A stretch of 43,767 nt of DNA, from positions 47,697,241 through 47,741,007 of the forward strand of contig NC_068999.1 of assembly GCF_001194135.2 (NCBI RefSeq), in the 5' to 3' direction. The translations under genes were made by a program, and so were the position numbers. The notes under the pieces were generated by a model. That model made no database searches, was not told where the DNA came from, and saw only the letters and a list, made by a program, of their open reading frames with translations. The stretch's first letter is position 1. Each line of letters starts with the position of its first letter. Source of the stretch: Octopus bimaculoides. Its lineage: Eukaryota. Shown one piece after another: positions 11,951 to 24,099 of the stretch.

Positions 11951-12253
11951 GTAAGGTTATTGTTGAACATAAAAAGTAAATTGCAAATACAAATAGAAAA
12001 TTTTTCAGAAAAGATAAATTTATAAATGGAAAATATAGTATGGAATCATAACTAGAGGACTCAAAACTTTATTTTTGTGTTTAGTATTACCAAATGAATA
12101 ATGATTATAATAGTATGTGAAAGGAGTTCCTATATTGAATGAAGTATCCGCCTATTCCTATTTCAAATTACATGCCTTTAAAACTGTCTGCTTAAATAGA
12201 ACATACCTACCTCCCATTATCATGTAAAAGTTAATGTAAACATGAGGGTTATT

Positions 12254-12422
12254 CATGCTCCTTGCTAAAGGGGGTGCACTGGACAGCACTACCCCCTCAC
12301 TATTCAATGGTGCACCCTCAGATTTAGAAAATGCAGTTCACAAAAATACAGTTTACAAAACTTAATCCCTTCCCAGAATATTCTGAAACACCCCCAGGCA
12401 CCAAAATCTGGCGATGGGCCTG
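12254..12422. mobile_element. hAT-type MITE with a perfect 8-bp target site duplication
   Basis: GGGTTATT at 12246-12253 and 12423-12430. Degenerate TIRs are catgctccttgctaa and ctggcgatgggcctg. An 8-bp TSD with CA...TG ends is typical of hAT elements. Confidence 0.65.
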
Positions 12423-12792
12423 GGGTTATTCATTATTTAAAGAAATAAACTCAATAATGATTTATATTTTCTGTACCATTTATACAAATATTTTCTATTC
12501 TATAACAACAGAACTGAATGAGTAAATTTTTTTATGAACTTGTTTCAAGAAAAACATTTTGGAAATGTATATCTATATAAGAATTAAATAAATCTGTGTA
12601 TTTTATAATACTGAAGTGAAATTTATAAATATATACTTTCTAATATAACATTTATTTTTTTCATTCATTAAACATTTAAATTTTAAACTCAAATGTTTAA
12701 TCTGAAATTGAAAAGCATGGAAAAAAAAAAAGAAAAAAGAGATGAAACATATAAAGCAACAGAGTGAATAATTATAAAAGAAAAAGTCATAC

Positions 12793-12808
12793 CATCAGCT
12801 AAAGCCAT
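12793..12808 (-). CDS. KAZN: Candidate proximal first coding exon of kazrin (MALAD + G, phase 1)
   Basis: Minus strand reads TGA CAA ACA ATG GCT TTA GCT GAT G|gtatga: Kozak-like context (A at -3, G at +4), an in-frame upstream stop, and a GT donor in phase 1. Splicing to 9641 gives MALADAIQSLDSLNDQ. No transcript evidence. Confidence 0.55.
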
Positions 12809-13178
12809 TGTTTGTCAAAATAGAAGATTTCTTTTGAAATTAAAGTGAAATATTTTGCAGAAAGATGTAACAGTAACCACGACTAAGAGAAGAGCACGTT
12901 GTGAAATGAAGCAGTGACAAAAGAAGATGACTGTTGCATTAGCAGACAGCAGTGATGTAAAGGCATGTTAAAAGGGGAACTGTTGAAACACTTGTAAGAT
13001 AGCTAGTCTGTCAGAAGCTCCTGCAACAACAACCAGCCAGCCAGTCAGTCCAAAGAAAAAGGGTTTAATCATAGTAAAGGAATGAATGAATCATGCCCAG
13101 AAAATCGATATTTCTCACTATTAAACTGAACCTAGAACTCCTCTTGCAAATGTTGGCTGCTTGTAATCCTTTTCCTTC
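12809..13178 (-). promoter_or_regulatory. Putative 5' leader of the proximal kazrin isoform, with uORFs, preceded by a (CT)n tract
   Basis: Unique sequence upstream of ATG 12808. (CT)n-cag|G at 13179/13178 could be an acceptor, or the GA repeat could be promoter-associated. A second possible acceptor is ttctcttag| at 12883. Confidence 0.35.
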
Positions 13179-13213
<35 letters not shown>

Positions 13214-14015
13214 AGGCTNNNNNNNNNNNNNNNNNNNNNNNNNNNNNNNNNNNNNNNNNNNNNNNNNNNNNNNNNNNNNNNNNNNNNNNNNNNNNNNNNN
13301 NNNNNNNNNNNNNNNNNNNNNNNNNNNNNNNNNNNNNNNNNNNNNNNNNNNNNNNNNNNNNNNNNNNNNNNNNNNNNNNNNNNNNNNNNNNNNNNNNNNN
13401 NNNNNNNNNNNNNNNNNNNNNNNNNNNNNNNNNNNNNNNNNNNNNNNNNNNNNNNNNNNNNNNNNNNNNNNNNNNNNNNNNNNNNNNNNNNNNNNNNNNN
13501 NNNNNNNNNNNNNNNNNNNNNNNNNNNNNNNNNNNNNNNNNNNNNNNNNNNNNNNNNNNNNNNNNNNNNNNNNNNNNNNNNNNNNNNNNNNNNNNNNNNN
13601 NNNNNNNNNNNNNNNNNNNNNNNNNNNNNNNNNNNNNNNNNNNNNNNNNNNNNNNNNNNNNNNNNNNNNNNNNNNNNNNNNNNNNNNNNNNNNNNNNNNN
13701 NNNNNNNNNNNNNNNNNNNNNNNNNNNNNNNNNNNNNNNNNNNNNNNNNNNNNNNNNNNNNNNNNNNNNNNNNNNNNNNNNNNNNNNNNNNNNNNNNNNN
13801 NNNNNNNNNNNNNNNNNNNNNNNNNNNNNNNNNNNNNNNNNNNNNNNNNNNNNNNNNNNNNNNNNNNNNNNNNNNNNNNNNNNNNNNNNNNNNNNNNNNN
13901 NNNNNNNNNTATATATATATATAAATGTGTGTGTATATATATACATATTATAAATGTTTATAAATGTTCTAAAATCTTTCACAGCCTTGGATTTTTATCT
14001 CTGAAAAAATGTTCT

Positions 14016-14022
<7 letters not shown>

Positions 14023-14074
<52 letters not shown>
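14023..14074. repeat. (CA)n microsatellite
   Basis: Directly visible. Confidence 0.97.
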
Positions 14075-14089
<15 letters not shown>

Positions 14090-14434
14090 TATATATATAT
14101 GAATATATACACATGTGTGTATATGTGTATCTGTATATATACACATTTATATATTTTTATGCACACCCAAACACACATACATATATATGTGAACATTTTT
14201 GAAACAGATATCTAAGGGACAATAATCAAGAAAGGACTCAATACAGATGAACTGGAGAAGAAAATAGCCTTATTTTAAAGATTTTATTGTTTAAGGAAAG
14301 AATCTTTACTTCTGCTAATTCCATTGATTCTTTGGACACCAAATATTTGTCAGTACATGCAGCAAGAGGATTTCAGAACAAATTCGTGTGATTCAAACAC
14401 TTTTTAAACTAAGCTAACAGTTAAAACAAGCTCT

Positions 14435-14838
14435 GGTATGGATGTGTGGTAAGAAGCTTGCTTTTCAACTGCATGGCTCTGGGTTCAATCTCATTTGCTT
14501 AATGCCTTTGGTAAAGTTCTTCTACTATAGCCTTGGGCTGACCGATGAACTGCGAGTGGATTTGGTAGATTGAATCTGAAAGAAGCTTGTGTGTGTGTGT
14601 ATGTTCGTTCGTGTGTATGTACCACCACTGCTTAGCAACCAGTGTTGGTTTGTTTATGTCCCCTATTACTTAGTGGTCCAGCATAAAAGACTGATACATT
14701 AAGTACCAGGCTTAAAAAGTTAAGTACAGAGGTCAATTTGTTTGACAAAAAAAAAAGAAAAAAAAAGAAAAAAAAAGACCTTCAAAGCAGTGCTCCAGTA
14801 TGGCCATAGACCAATGATTGGAGCAACATAGAAAATAA
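14435..14838 (+). mobile_element. tRNA-derived SINE (family B), near full length
   Basis: A-box-like gtgtggtaag, B-box-like gggttcaatctc, core gtggatttggtaga...ctgaaagaagc, (TG)n, and the family tail. Confidence 0.85.
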
Positions 14839-15664
14839 ATATGAAGGCAAAGAATTAGAAACAACCAGAATGCCATTTCAAGTTTGGTGAGAACACACAT
14901 AATTTATCTTTGTAACATCATCATAGACACAGCCATTACAGATTCTTACAAAGGATTTCACCATGAATTCATATTATTTTTTCAAAATTTTTAGCCCAAA
15001 ATTACACCAATACATGTCTATACCAATAACTTTTAAACAACACCTTTACCATATGATTTTACTACACTGAAATTCATCCTTTTTTCCAACGAGTGGATAT
15101 ACTTCCTAATAATGGTTATCAACTTTGGATTTCATTTCGAAAGGTAATATATTCATGAAAGGATTGTAAGATCTCTCAACTTTTTTTTTAAATAATCGAA
15201 GTTATACTTTATATATTTATTTATTAATACAATAATATTGTTTATATTAAGGACATATCTCTACTGTGATTTTTATGATATCATTTTTCCTNNNNNNNNN
15301 NNNNNNNNNNNNNNNNNNNNNNNNNNNNNNNNNNNNNNNNNNNNNNNNNNNNNNNNNNNNNNNNNNNNNNNNNNNNNNNNNNNNNNNNNNNNNNNNNNNN
15401 NNNNNNNNNNNNNNNNNNNNNNNNNNNNNNNNNNNNNNNNNNNNNNNNNNNNNNNNNNNNNNNNNNNNNNNNNNNNNNNNNNNNNNNNNNNNNNNNNNNN
15501 NNNNNNNNNNNNNNNNNNNNNNNNNNNNNNNNNNNNNNNNNNNNNNNNNNNNNNNNNNNNNNNNNNNNNNNNNNNNNNNNNNNNNNNNNNNNNNNNNNNN
15601 NNNNNNNNNNNNNNNNNNNNNNNNNNNNNNNNNNNNNNNNNNNNNNNNNNNNNNNNNNNNNNNN

Positions 15665-15715
<51 letters not shown>

Positions 15716-16184
15716 CATACACAGACACATGTGGGAGTAAAAGTATAATTACAGACAGAATAAAGGGGGTAAATGACTAGTAGCTCAAGGGGAGACAGAG
15801 GGGGTTAAAGTGTACTGGGCACAAAAGGTCCAGTGTGGTCCCTTGTACACAGATGTATGGATGGGCAGGAGAGGTTGAATGACGAGAACGGTGGAGAAAT
15901 GCGAAGTAGGTGGGTTGTTCCATAGCAATTGGCGGCATGAACGGAAAAGGGTTGGTTGACAGGAAAGCGAATGACAAGGGTTGGGAGGCTGTGAAATTAG
16001 GGGGGAGGAAGTTACTGCACACTCAGCAGCAAGTTGTGCCTACACACATGCATATCCACAGCCCACACTCACTGCTTAAGCATAACTGGAGAAATGACGG
16101 AATTTGTCAAAGTGTGTAGAGTATAGGAGTGACGGGTGGAACCATTTACTGAGCTCAGACCATTTGGTAATGTGTGTGTGTGTG

Positions 16185-16230
<46 letters not shown>

Positions 16231-16538
16231 ATTCAAAGGAATTCCAACTCTGTTTTTTATGTTTTATTTATATTCTTATAATATTAATGCAGGATATAGA
16301 ATATATAGTATATATAGTAGGTATAGTAAAATGAAATGAAGTATTGATTGTCATATTGAATATCAAATATTAAAGGACTTTCTTGTATTTAAACCGTCTT
16401 CAAGTTGTGACAGGGATGTTTCAACTGTATATATATATATATATATACATACACACACACATACATTAGTTTATGTTTTATTAACAATTTAGGCACCTCC
16501 ATCTGTTTGTTATTATGTATATTTATATATAATAAATA

Positions 16539-16677
16539 TATATTTTCATTAATATTTAGCGGAAGCAACAAAGTGACTCAAGGTCCAAGAGTCTTGTGTG
16601 TCTGGTAAGTGCCAACACGCAAGACTTTCGGATCTTGAGACACTCTGTGGCTTCCGCTAAATATTAATGAAAATATA
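16539..16677. repeat. 139-nt hairpin with 63-bp arms and a 13-nt loop
   Basis: 16539-16601 matches the reverse complement of 16615-16677 with 7 mismatches by manual alignment. Confidence 0.92.
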
Positions 16678-16723
16678 CACTCATATTTTGAGTTCTATTT
16701 TTCTCTGTTTGCATCACCAAACC

Positions 16724-16781
<58 letters not shown>

Positions 16782-16785
16782 CAGA

Positions 16786-17001
16786 TGCAGGCATGGCAGC
16801 GTAGTATGAAGCTAGCTTTCTAACCATATGGTTCTGGGTTCAGTCCCACTGCATGGCACCTTGGGCAAGTGCCTCAGGCCTACCAAAACCGTTTGAGTGG
16901 ATTTGGGAGACAGAAACTGAAAGAAGCCCATAATATGCGTGTGTGTGTCTTTGAGCTTGTCCCCCCACCCACCGCTTGACAAGCGATGTTGGTGTGTTTA
17001 T
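16786..17001 (+). mobile_element. tRNA-derived SINE (family B), head and core, truncated by a gap
   Basis: gggttcagtcccactgcatggcaccttgggcaagtg...gagtggatttgg...aaactgaaagaagccc. Confidence 0.85.
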
Positions 17002-17924
17002 NNNNNNNNNNNNNNNNNNNNNNNNNNNNNNNNNNNNNNNNNNNNNNNNNNNNNNNNNNNNNNNNNNNNNNNNNNNNNNNNNNNNNNNNNNNNNNNNNNN
17101 NNNNNNNNNNNNNNNNNNNNNNNNNNNNNNNNNNNNNNNNNNNNNNNNNNNNNNNNNNNNNNNNNNNNNNNNNNNNNNNNNNNNNNNNNNNNNNNNNNNN
17201 NNNNNNNNNNNNNNNNNNNNNNNNNNNNNNNNNNNNNNNNNNNNNNNNNNNNNNNNNNNNNNNNNNNNNNNNNNNNNNNNNNNNNNNNTTCTTACTACCC
17301 AGAACCACTTCTCTCAGTTATCCATCCTTCATTCATTAATACTGTTCTCTCCACCCGTACTACTTTCATTGATCACCCACCCCCATTGTGCCAGCAAATT
17401 ATCTCTCCCCACCCGTCCCCACACACCCCACCCAGTCACCATACGGCTCGCCCTCCTCATATAGTGCACTTGCCTCTCTCTCTCTCTCTCTCTCTTTCCC
17501 ATCCACAGCTGCAACTTACCCAACAACATATTACCTCTCTTTCATCCTTCTCCTGTTTACTGTTATCATCATTTTCATTCTGCTACACCACACTCTCAGA
17601 CATCCCCTTACTCCCTCACTCACTCACTCTTGGTACCTCAGCCTCACTCATTCCATTCCCAATTCATATCTCAAAGGTGCACTCAGACACCTCATCATCC
17701 CTATTTTTAATCCCTTTCCTGCTCCACCCAGTTACTCCCCACCCTCTTTTCTAAAATGGGAGTAGTCATCCTGTTCTGCCCCAGTTCTTTTTTTCTCATT
17801 CTTTAACCTTCTCTATACCTGCCATCTCTTGTTATTCCAAATTGAGGGAGACAGCTGTCTCACTTTGAGCATATCCTACTAAACACTGCCTGTCTCGGTT
17901 GACTAGTCTACGGAATGTAGTTAG

Positions 17925-18620
17925 GAAATGAAGACAATTTGGAGTAAAGTCTTGTGTTAAACTGGGTAAAAACGTCACAGAGACTTATGAAATGCTTCAG
18001 ACTGCTTATGGGTTGACTTGTGCATGAGATAAGCATCTATTTACCACTGGCACAAGGGGCCAGGCATAGCAAGTCCACCAGGAAGCTCATGATGATCCTC
18101 TTTTTCAACAGAAGGGACATCATCTATAAACACTGGGTTCCCTCTGGCCAGATGGTCAACATAGAGTGCTTTGTGGAAATTGTGAGAGAGAGTTCAGGGA
18201 GAGATTTTGTTGTAAGGGCCAGACCCCTTCCCATCAGGTTGGTGGCACCTGCACCAGAACAAGGCACCAGTCCACAATTCCATCTTAGTAACTAACTACT
18301 TGATAAAACTGTCCCTAAATACTTGATAAACTATCCCTAGTCCAGACCTTGCTCCCTATCACTTTTGGTTGTTCCCCGAGCTGAAAGAAAGCCTCAGGGA
18401 TAGTTGTTTTGAAGACATTGAGAAGATGAAGGAAGCTGTGACATGGGTCCTGGACACCTTCACTTTAGAGGACTTTCATGGGACCTTCACAAAGTAGCTG
18501 GATTGCTGCAACAAGTGTATTGAAGTAAAACGATTCTACTTTGAAGAAGATCAGAGTTTGAAATTAATAAATGTCTCCCTTGAAAAAAAAAATCTCAAAA
18601 CTTCTGGAATGCACCTTGTA
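17925..18620 (+). mobile_element. Mariner transposon remnant with internal deletions
   Basis: Fragments read KSCVKLGKNVTETYEMLQTAYG, KLMMILFFN..IIYKHWVPSGQMVN and SPDLAPYHFWLFPELKESLR...KCIE. The right end is gaatgcaccttgTA; the left TIR was not found. Confidence 0.85.
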
Positions 18621-20663
18621 ACTACTAACAACCACCCGTAAAATATGAACACAATTACATTTGAAGTCAAAGAAAATACTGTCAAAGAATTCTAAAATTA
18701 AGATCTGCCTGTTAAATAGACATCGTAAATTTTATATCATATAATTTTCTCTATCTCTTGCCTCTCTTAATCCATTTCCTTCTCTTTCATAAAGAGTCCC
18801 ACCCTAAATGTTAGATTCTCTTTGGTTTCTTCCTTTAGTGCTTTTATCTTTGATTGTTGTTTCTTTGCTTTATATTTCTATGCTTTTTCAGTTAAGTTTT
18901 TTTCTGCTTATCTGACTCCATGTATTATTTGTTTGTTTCTTTTTTGTTTCGTAATCTTACTCATGATGTTTGTGTAAGTTTTATCTATTTGCATCTTTCT
19001 GCTTCACAGAACGAATTGCTGCTACTTTGCAGATTGACTATAGGAACTACACACACACACACGCGCGCGTGTATTGATAGATAGAAGTAAATAGATAAAT
19101 ATAAATATAAATATCAATAGAGAGAGAGAGAGAGAGAGAGGAGAGAGGAGAGAGGGAGATAGGTACAGGCAGGCAGGCACACACACACACACACACACAC
19201 ACTATCAGAGATATGCTTTAAGAAATCATAACTGGGGATAAAATTCCAGTTCCAAAGATTTGGCAGCAACTTTGGTAGGATGATCCGAATGTATGTTGAA
19301 GTGTGTGGCCAGAATGAAATAAATATAGAAGAATTCTTGAAACGATCTCTATAATATATTTAGAAAGTATTTTGAGAAGAAATACAAGAAAACTGACGGT
19401 TGTGTAATACTGAAATAGTTGAGATAACAATAAAAAAATGAAGAAGTCAAGATTACAAGAGAGAAAGAAAGTTTATACACANNNNNNNNNNNNNNNNNNN
19501 NNNNNNNNNNNNNNNNNNNNNNNNNNNNNNNNNNNNNNNNNNNNNNNNNNNNNNNNNNNNNNNNNNNNNNNNNNNNNNNNNNNNNNNNNNNNNNNNNNNN
19601 NNNNNNNNNNNNNNNNNNNNNNNNNNNNNNNNNNNNNNNNNNNNNNNNNNNNNNNNNNNNNNNNNNNNNNNNNNNNNNNNNNNNNNNNNNNNNNNNNNNN
19701 NNNNNNNNNNNNNNNNNNNNNNNNNNNNNNNNNNNNNNNNNNNNNNNNNNNNNNNNNNNNNNNNNNNNNNNNNNNNNNNNNNNNNNNNNNNNNNNNNNNN
19801 NNNNNNNNNNNNNNNNNNNNNNNNNNNNNNNNNNNNNNNNNNNNNNNNNNNNNNNNNNNNNNNNNNNNNNNNNNNNNNNNNNNNNNNNNNNNNNNNNNNN
19901 NNNNNNNNNNNNNNNNNNNNNNNNNNNNNNNNNNNNNNNNNNNNNNNNNNNNNNNNNNNNNNNNNNNNNNNNNNNNNNNNNNNNNNNNNNNNNNNNNNNN
20001 NNNNNNNNNNNNNNNNNNNNNNNNNNNNNNNNNNNNNNNNNNNNNNNNNNNNNNNNNNNNNNNNNNNNNNNNNNNNNNNNNNNNNNNNNNNNNNNNNNNN
20101 NNNNNNNNNNNNNNNNNNNNNNNNNNNNNNNNNNNNNNNNNNNNNNNNNNNNNNNNNNNNNNNNNNNNNNNNNNNNNNNNNNNNNNNNNNNNNNNNNNNN
20201 NNNNNNNNNNNNNNNNNNNNNNNNNNNNNNNNNNNAAAAAAAAAAAAAAAAAAAAACCGTAAAAAAAAAAACAAGAAACAAGGTGAAAAAAGTTGAATTT
20301 TAGAAAAATAAACCTAACAATTTTCATAAGGAAAGGAATGTTATTCATTGGAATACAATGGTTTAGCTCTCACAGTCCAAACAAAAATTATTTGTAAAAT
20401 CCTGAGAAATTTTGTAGCTTCCAATTGAATTAAAAAAAGTTACTTCATAAGATTAAATAAGGTATGAAACTATTGAATGGAAATAAAAATAGGGAGGAAG
20501 TGTAGGCATAGTTTTAATAAAAATGTATTCTCAACTGAAATAGGATATAAAACATTACCTAAATACACATGTATATACATAAACACACACACACATAAAT
20601 ATACATACATACATAAATACACACACACACATGTGTAAACATATATGTGTAAATATATGTGTG

Positions 20664-20668
20664 TATGT

Positions 20669-20699
<31 letters not shown>

Positions 20700-20900
20700 C
20701 ATGTGTTAATATATCTATGTGTGTGAGTGTGTGCATGCACAAATATGTGTGCATATATATGTGTATGTGTGTATATATATACATACATACATACATACAT
20801 ACACATATATATGCACACATATTTGCGCATGCACACACTCACGTAGACACACAGACATATTAAGACATGCATATACATATATTTACACACACATACATTA
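20664..20900. repeat. Self-complementary cryptic microsatellite (fold-back)
   Basis: The core 20699-20868 contains gtgagtgtgtgcatgcacaaatatgtgtgcatatatatgtgtatg and its complement catacacatatatatgcacacatatttgcgcatgcacactcac. Confidence 0.8.
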
Positions 20901-21855
20901 AACACGTATATATACACATACATATACTAACACATACACTCAAATACACACACACACACACGCATCCATTTACACACACACACACATACACACACTAAAA
21001 GCAACTAAATACATTATTTGAACATTTTCTTTCACCAAAACAAAGAGGAAAACCAAGAATACAATGAATGTCTTACGTTTGTCCATAACACAGCTCTAAA
21101 ACCAACGTGCAGCATAGAGATGGCGTTAAGACTCCTATAGACTTCGTAATAACAAATGTTTCAAATACATTCTATCAATTATGCTCTTTTGTTATGTAGG
21201 AAGGAAATTACAATGAGTTTGTCATTTTCCATCAGGGTGTGTAATCATGCAACATTTAATAGTAGTTTTTAAAAATAGAGCCATATCCCTTAATTGCCAA
21301 TCAGTCAGCACTAAAATATCATTTGTGTCACATTTCTGGTGTGTACGTGCATGGGTTGATTAAAGAGAGAAGGAGAGAGAGAACAAGAAAGTCAGGACTG
21401 GTTGAGCTGAAGCAAATAAAGTGGACTGTAAGGGAGAGAAAATGGCCATGACATGACAAACAGACAAAACAACTGTTATATTTTTGAAAGTCATTGGAAA
21501 TGTCAGGAAAAAAATGTTTGTTATTTGTGGTTAGTGTTAATATATTTAATGGTAAGATGTTTGGCATTAATATATTTAATATAGCAAAGGAAGAAAACAA
21601 TATAAATCAATAACTAGTATCAATGAAAAATTATTGTGGCAAATACAGCAGACAACTCTAGTTATGTTTCACTCTTATTATGATCTCATCAGCAAATTAT
21701 ATAAATCACCATACATGCCAGGGTAGAGATGGAAGAATCATTAAGTAAATGTGGTTTAATTTAAAGTTAATGACAAATTAATGAAGTTTTTCACAAGCAA
21801 AATTTGCAAATTAGTAAGTTGTGCCAATGTATTTAAAAAGATATATCTTAACATG

Positions 21856-22043
21856 CAGGTGTGGCTGTGAGGTAAGAAGCTTGCTTCCCAATCACTTGGT
21901 TCCGGGTTCAGTCCTACTGCATGGTACCTTCGGCAAGTGTCTTCAACTAAAGCCTCGAGCTGACCAAAGCCTTGTGAGTGGATTTGGTAAACGGAAACTG
22001 AAAGGAGCTCATTGTATGTGTATATATACATATATAAACGATG

Positions 22044-22074
<31 letters not shown>

Positions 22075-22720
22075 AGTAGAAAGAGACCCTGGCAGAAACC
22101 AAGGCTGCAATTTAAAGACGGTGTCAAGTCCTCATTAAAGGCCTGTGATATGCAGGAGACTAACTGGGAGAGCAACGCCTGTTATTGTCATAGATGGAGG
22201 AAGCAGGTTAAGGAGGGGGTCGGCAACTTTAAAAGAGCACGTATTCTGCATGAAGAATTTAAGTGTGCTGCTTGAAAGCACACTGCTGGTGTATTGAATG
22301 GGGAAAGCTTGGCTTTCAGTGTTTGCAGTCGTGTACGCTTGTCAAGAGCAGGGCTCATTAACCATCAATGGAGCTGTAAATGCAAAATAGAAGTTAGTCC
22401 TAGAGCGCCCAATGTTCCTAAAGGTCAGCAATGGAATTTCTCGGTCACGAGTGGACAGCCATCATGTCTGTATATATCTATGTGTGTGTGTGTCTTTGTG
22501 TCTGTGTTTGCTTTCCTCCCCCCACCCCCATCACCACTTGACAACTAGTGTTGGTGTGTTTATGTCTGTGTAACTTAGCGGTTCAGCAAAAGAGAACTGA
22601 TAGAATAAGTACTAGGCTTAAAAACTAAAAAGTCCTGGGGGTTGATTTGTTTGACTAAAACCATTCAAGGTAGTGCATGGCCACGGTAAAATAACTGAAA
22701 CAAGTAAAAGAAAAAAAAAA
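21856..22720 (+). mobile_element. Family B SINE split by an RTE LINE 3' fragment
   Basis: Head at 21856-22050 and tail at about 22466-22720, with the RTE piece in the central microsatellite. Confidence 0.8.
22072..22465 (+). mobile_element. 5'-truncated RTE (BovB-like) LINE, ORF C-terminus
   Basis: Reads RKRPWQKPRLQFKDGVKSSLKAC...NWESNA...RWRKQVKEG...VCSRVRLSRAGLINHQWSC, resembling the RTE C-terminal motifs (RYKD.LK.SLK, WE..A..R..WR, C.R..S..GL..H). Confidence 0.75.
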
Positions 22721-23139
22721 GTAAATAAACACACACACACTACCTCAGTAATCTGGCCTCTGTTATTGTTGTTAGAGACATACCTCATCTTTGTGACCGG
22801 ACACTAAGCATTCTCCTCAGCCCTTCGTTATTTATGTATAATTGTGGAAATATCATTCCTGTTCATATTTTGGGTCTCAACCACTAACATCCAACAGTGT
22901 TTAAAACTTTACCTAGTTAGCCAGGAACTTACACAGAGTGAGAGAGAGAGAGAACTTGAAGGCTTACCAACTCATCAGTATATTCTAACTTCCAAAAAAC
23001 AAACAAACCATAAAAATGCTATCTTCTGTTCTAATATATCCACAGGCTCAGTTTCATTTAATCAAATAAAGCAATTACGAAGAATAATTAAAATAATGAG
23101 CCAACAGTATATATGTAAAAAAAAAGCAAAAAAACAAAA

Positions 23140-23765
23140 CGTGGGTGTGTGGTATAATGTTTGCTTCCCAATCAAATGGATCTAGGTTCAGTCCCACTGC
23201 GTGGCACCTTGAACAGGTGTCTTCTATATCCCTGGGCCAACCTCAAGAGAAGATTTGGTAGATAGAAACTGAAAGGCGGCGAGCTGGCAGAATCGGTAGC
23301 ATGCCGGGCGAAATGTTTAGCGGTATTTCGTCTGCCGTTAAGTTCTGAGTTCAAATTCTGCCGAGGTTGACTTTACTTTTCATCCTTTCGGGGTCGATAA
23401 ATTGAGTACCAGTTATGCACTGGGGTTGATGTAATCGACTTAATCCCTTTGTCTGTCCTTGGTTGTCCCCTCTATGTTTAGCCCCTTGTGGGCAATAAAG
23501 AAATAAGGGAACTGAAAGAAACCCTGTGAGGTACACACACACACACATATGTATATCTTTGTGCTTGTGCTTGTCCCCTACCACTGCTTAACAACTAGTA
23601 TTCGTTTGTTTACATCTTTGTAACTTAGAGGTTCGGCAAAAACAGACAGATTGAATAAGTACAAGGTAGTTTTAAAAAAAACCCAACTACTGGGGTTGAT
23701 TTGTCTGACAAAACAATGCGGTACTCCAGTATGGCCCTCCGTCTAATGACTAAAATAAGTAAACA
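23140..23765 (+). mobile_element. Family B SINE containing a full-length family C SINE (23276-23507)
   Basis: The insert runs from gcggcgagctggcagaatcgg to gcaataaagaaataag, flanked by gaaactgaaag (23265-23275) and ggaactgaaag (23508-23518). Confidence 0.9.
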
Positions 23766-24058
23766 ATGAAAGATATAAACACACACACACACACACACAG
23801 AGTGCTGTATACGTAAATTAAGACTATTTAGTTTAGCTGTCATTGAAGACAAGCGTTCTAAATAATTTTCATTGCCTAATTAGACAGGCATTTTCAAATG
23901 TGTAAAAAAAATTCCACACATTCTTTGCAAGACAAACGCCAAGGTATAAGATGGCAGTAATAACTGCTGCCTAACAGAGTACATCAAGGCATCGTGTATT
24001 GCATACAAGATCAGTTTCCCTTATGGACACTCTATCAGTTCATTTTACATTGCAGATC

Positions 24059-24096
<38 letters not shown>

Positions 24097-24099
<3 letters not shown>

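Noticed and set aside
13065-13982. Long ORFs spanning N runs (also at 15.2-15.8, 16.9-17.7, 19.3-20.3, 35.6, 38.4-39.1 and 40.4-41.1 kb)
   Set aside because: Their length comes from assembly gaps, which contain no stop codons.
21077-21095. Possible 19-nt minus-strand micro-exon (ttttag|...ATG GAC AAA C|gtaaga, phase 1)
   Set aside because: Weak ATG context and acceptor; such matches are expected by chance in 30 kb.
21655-21700. CTGATGA...GAAA on the minus strand; similar spaced motifs at about 29965 and 38481
   Set aside because: Stems I, II and III do not form, so these are not hammerheads.
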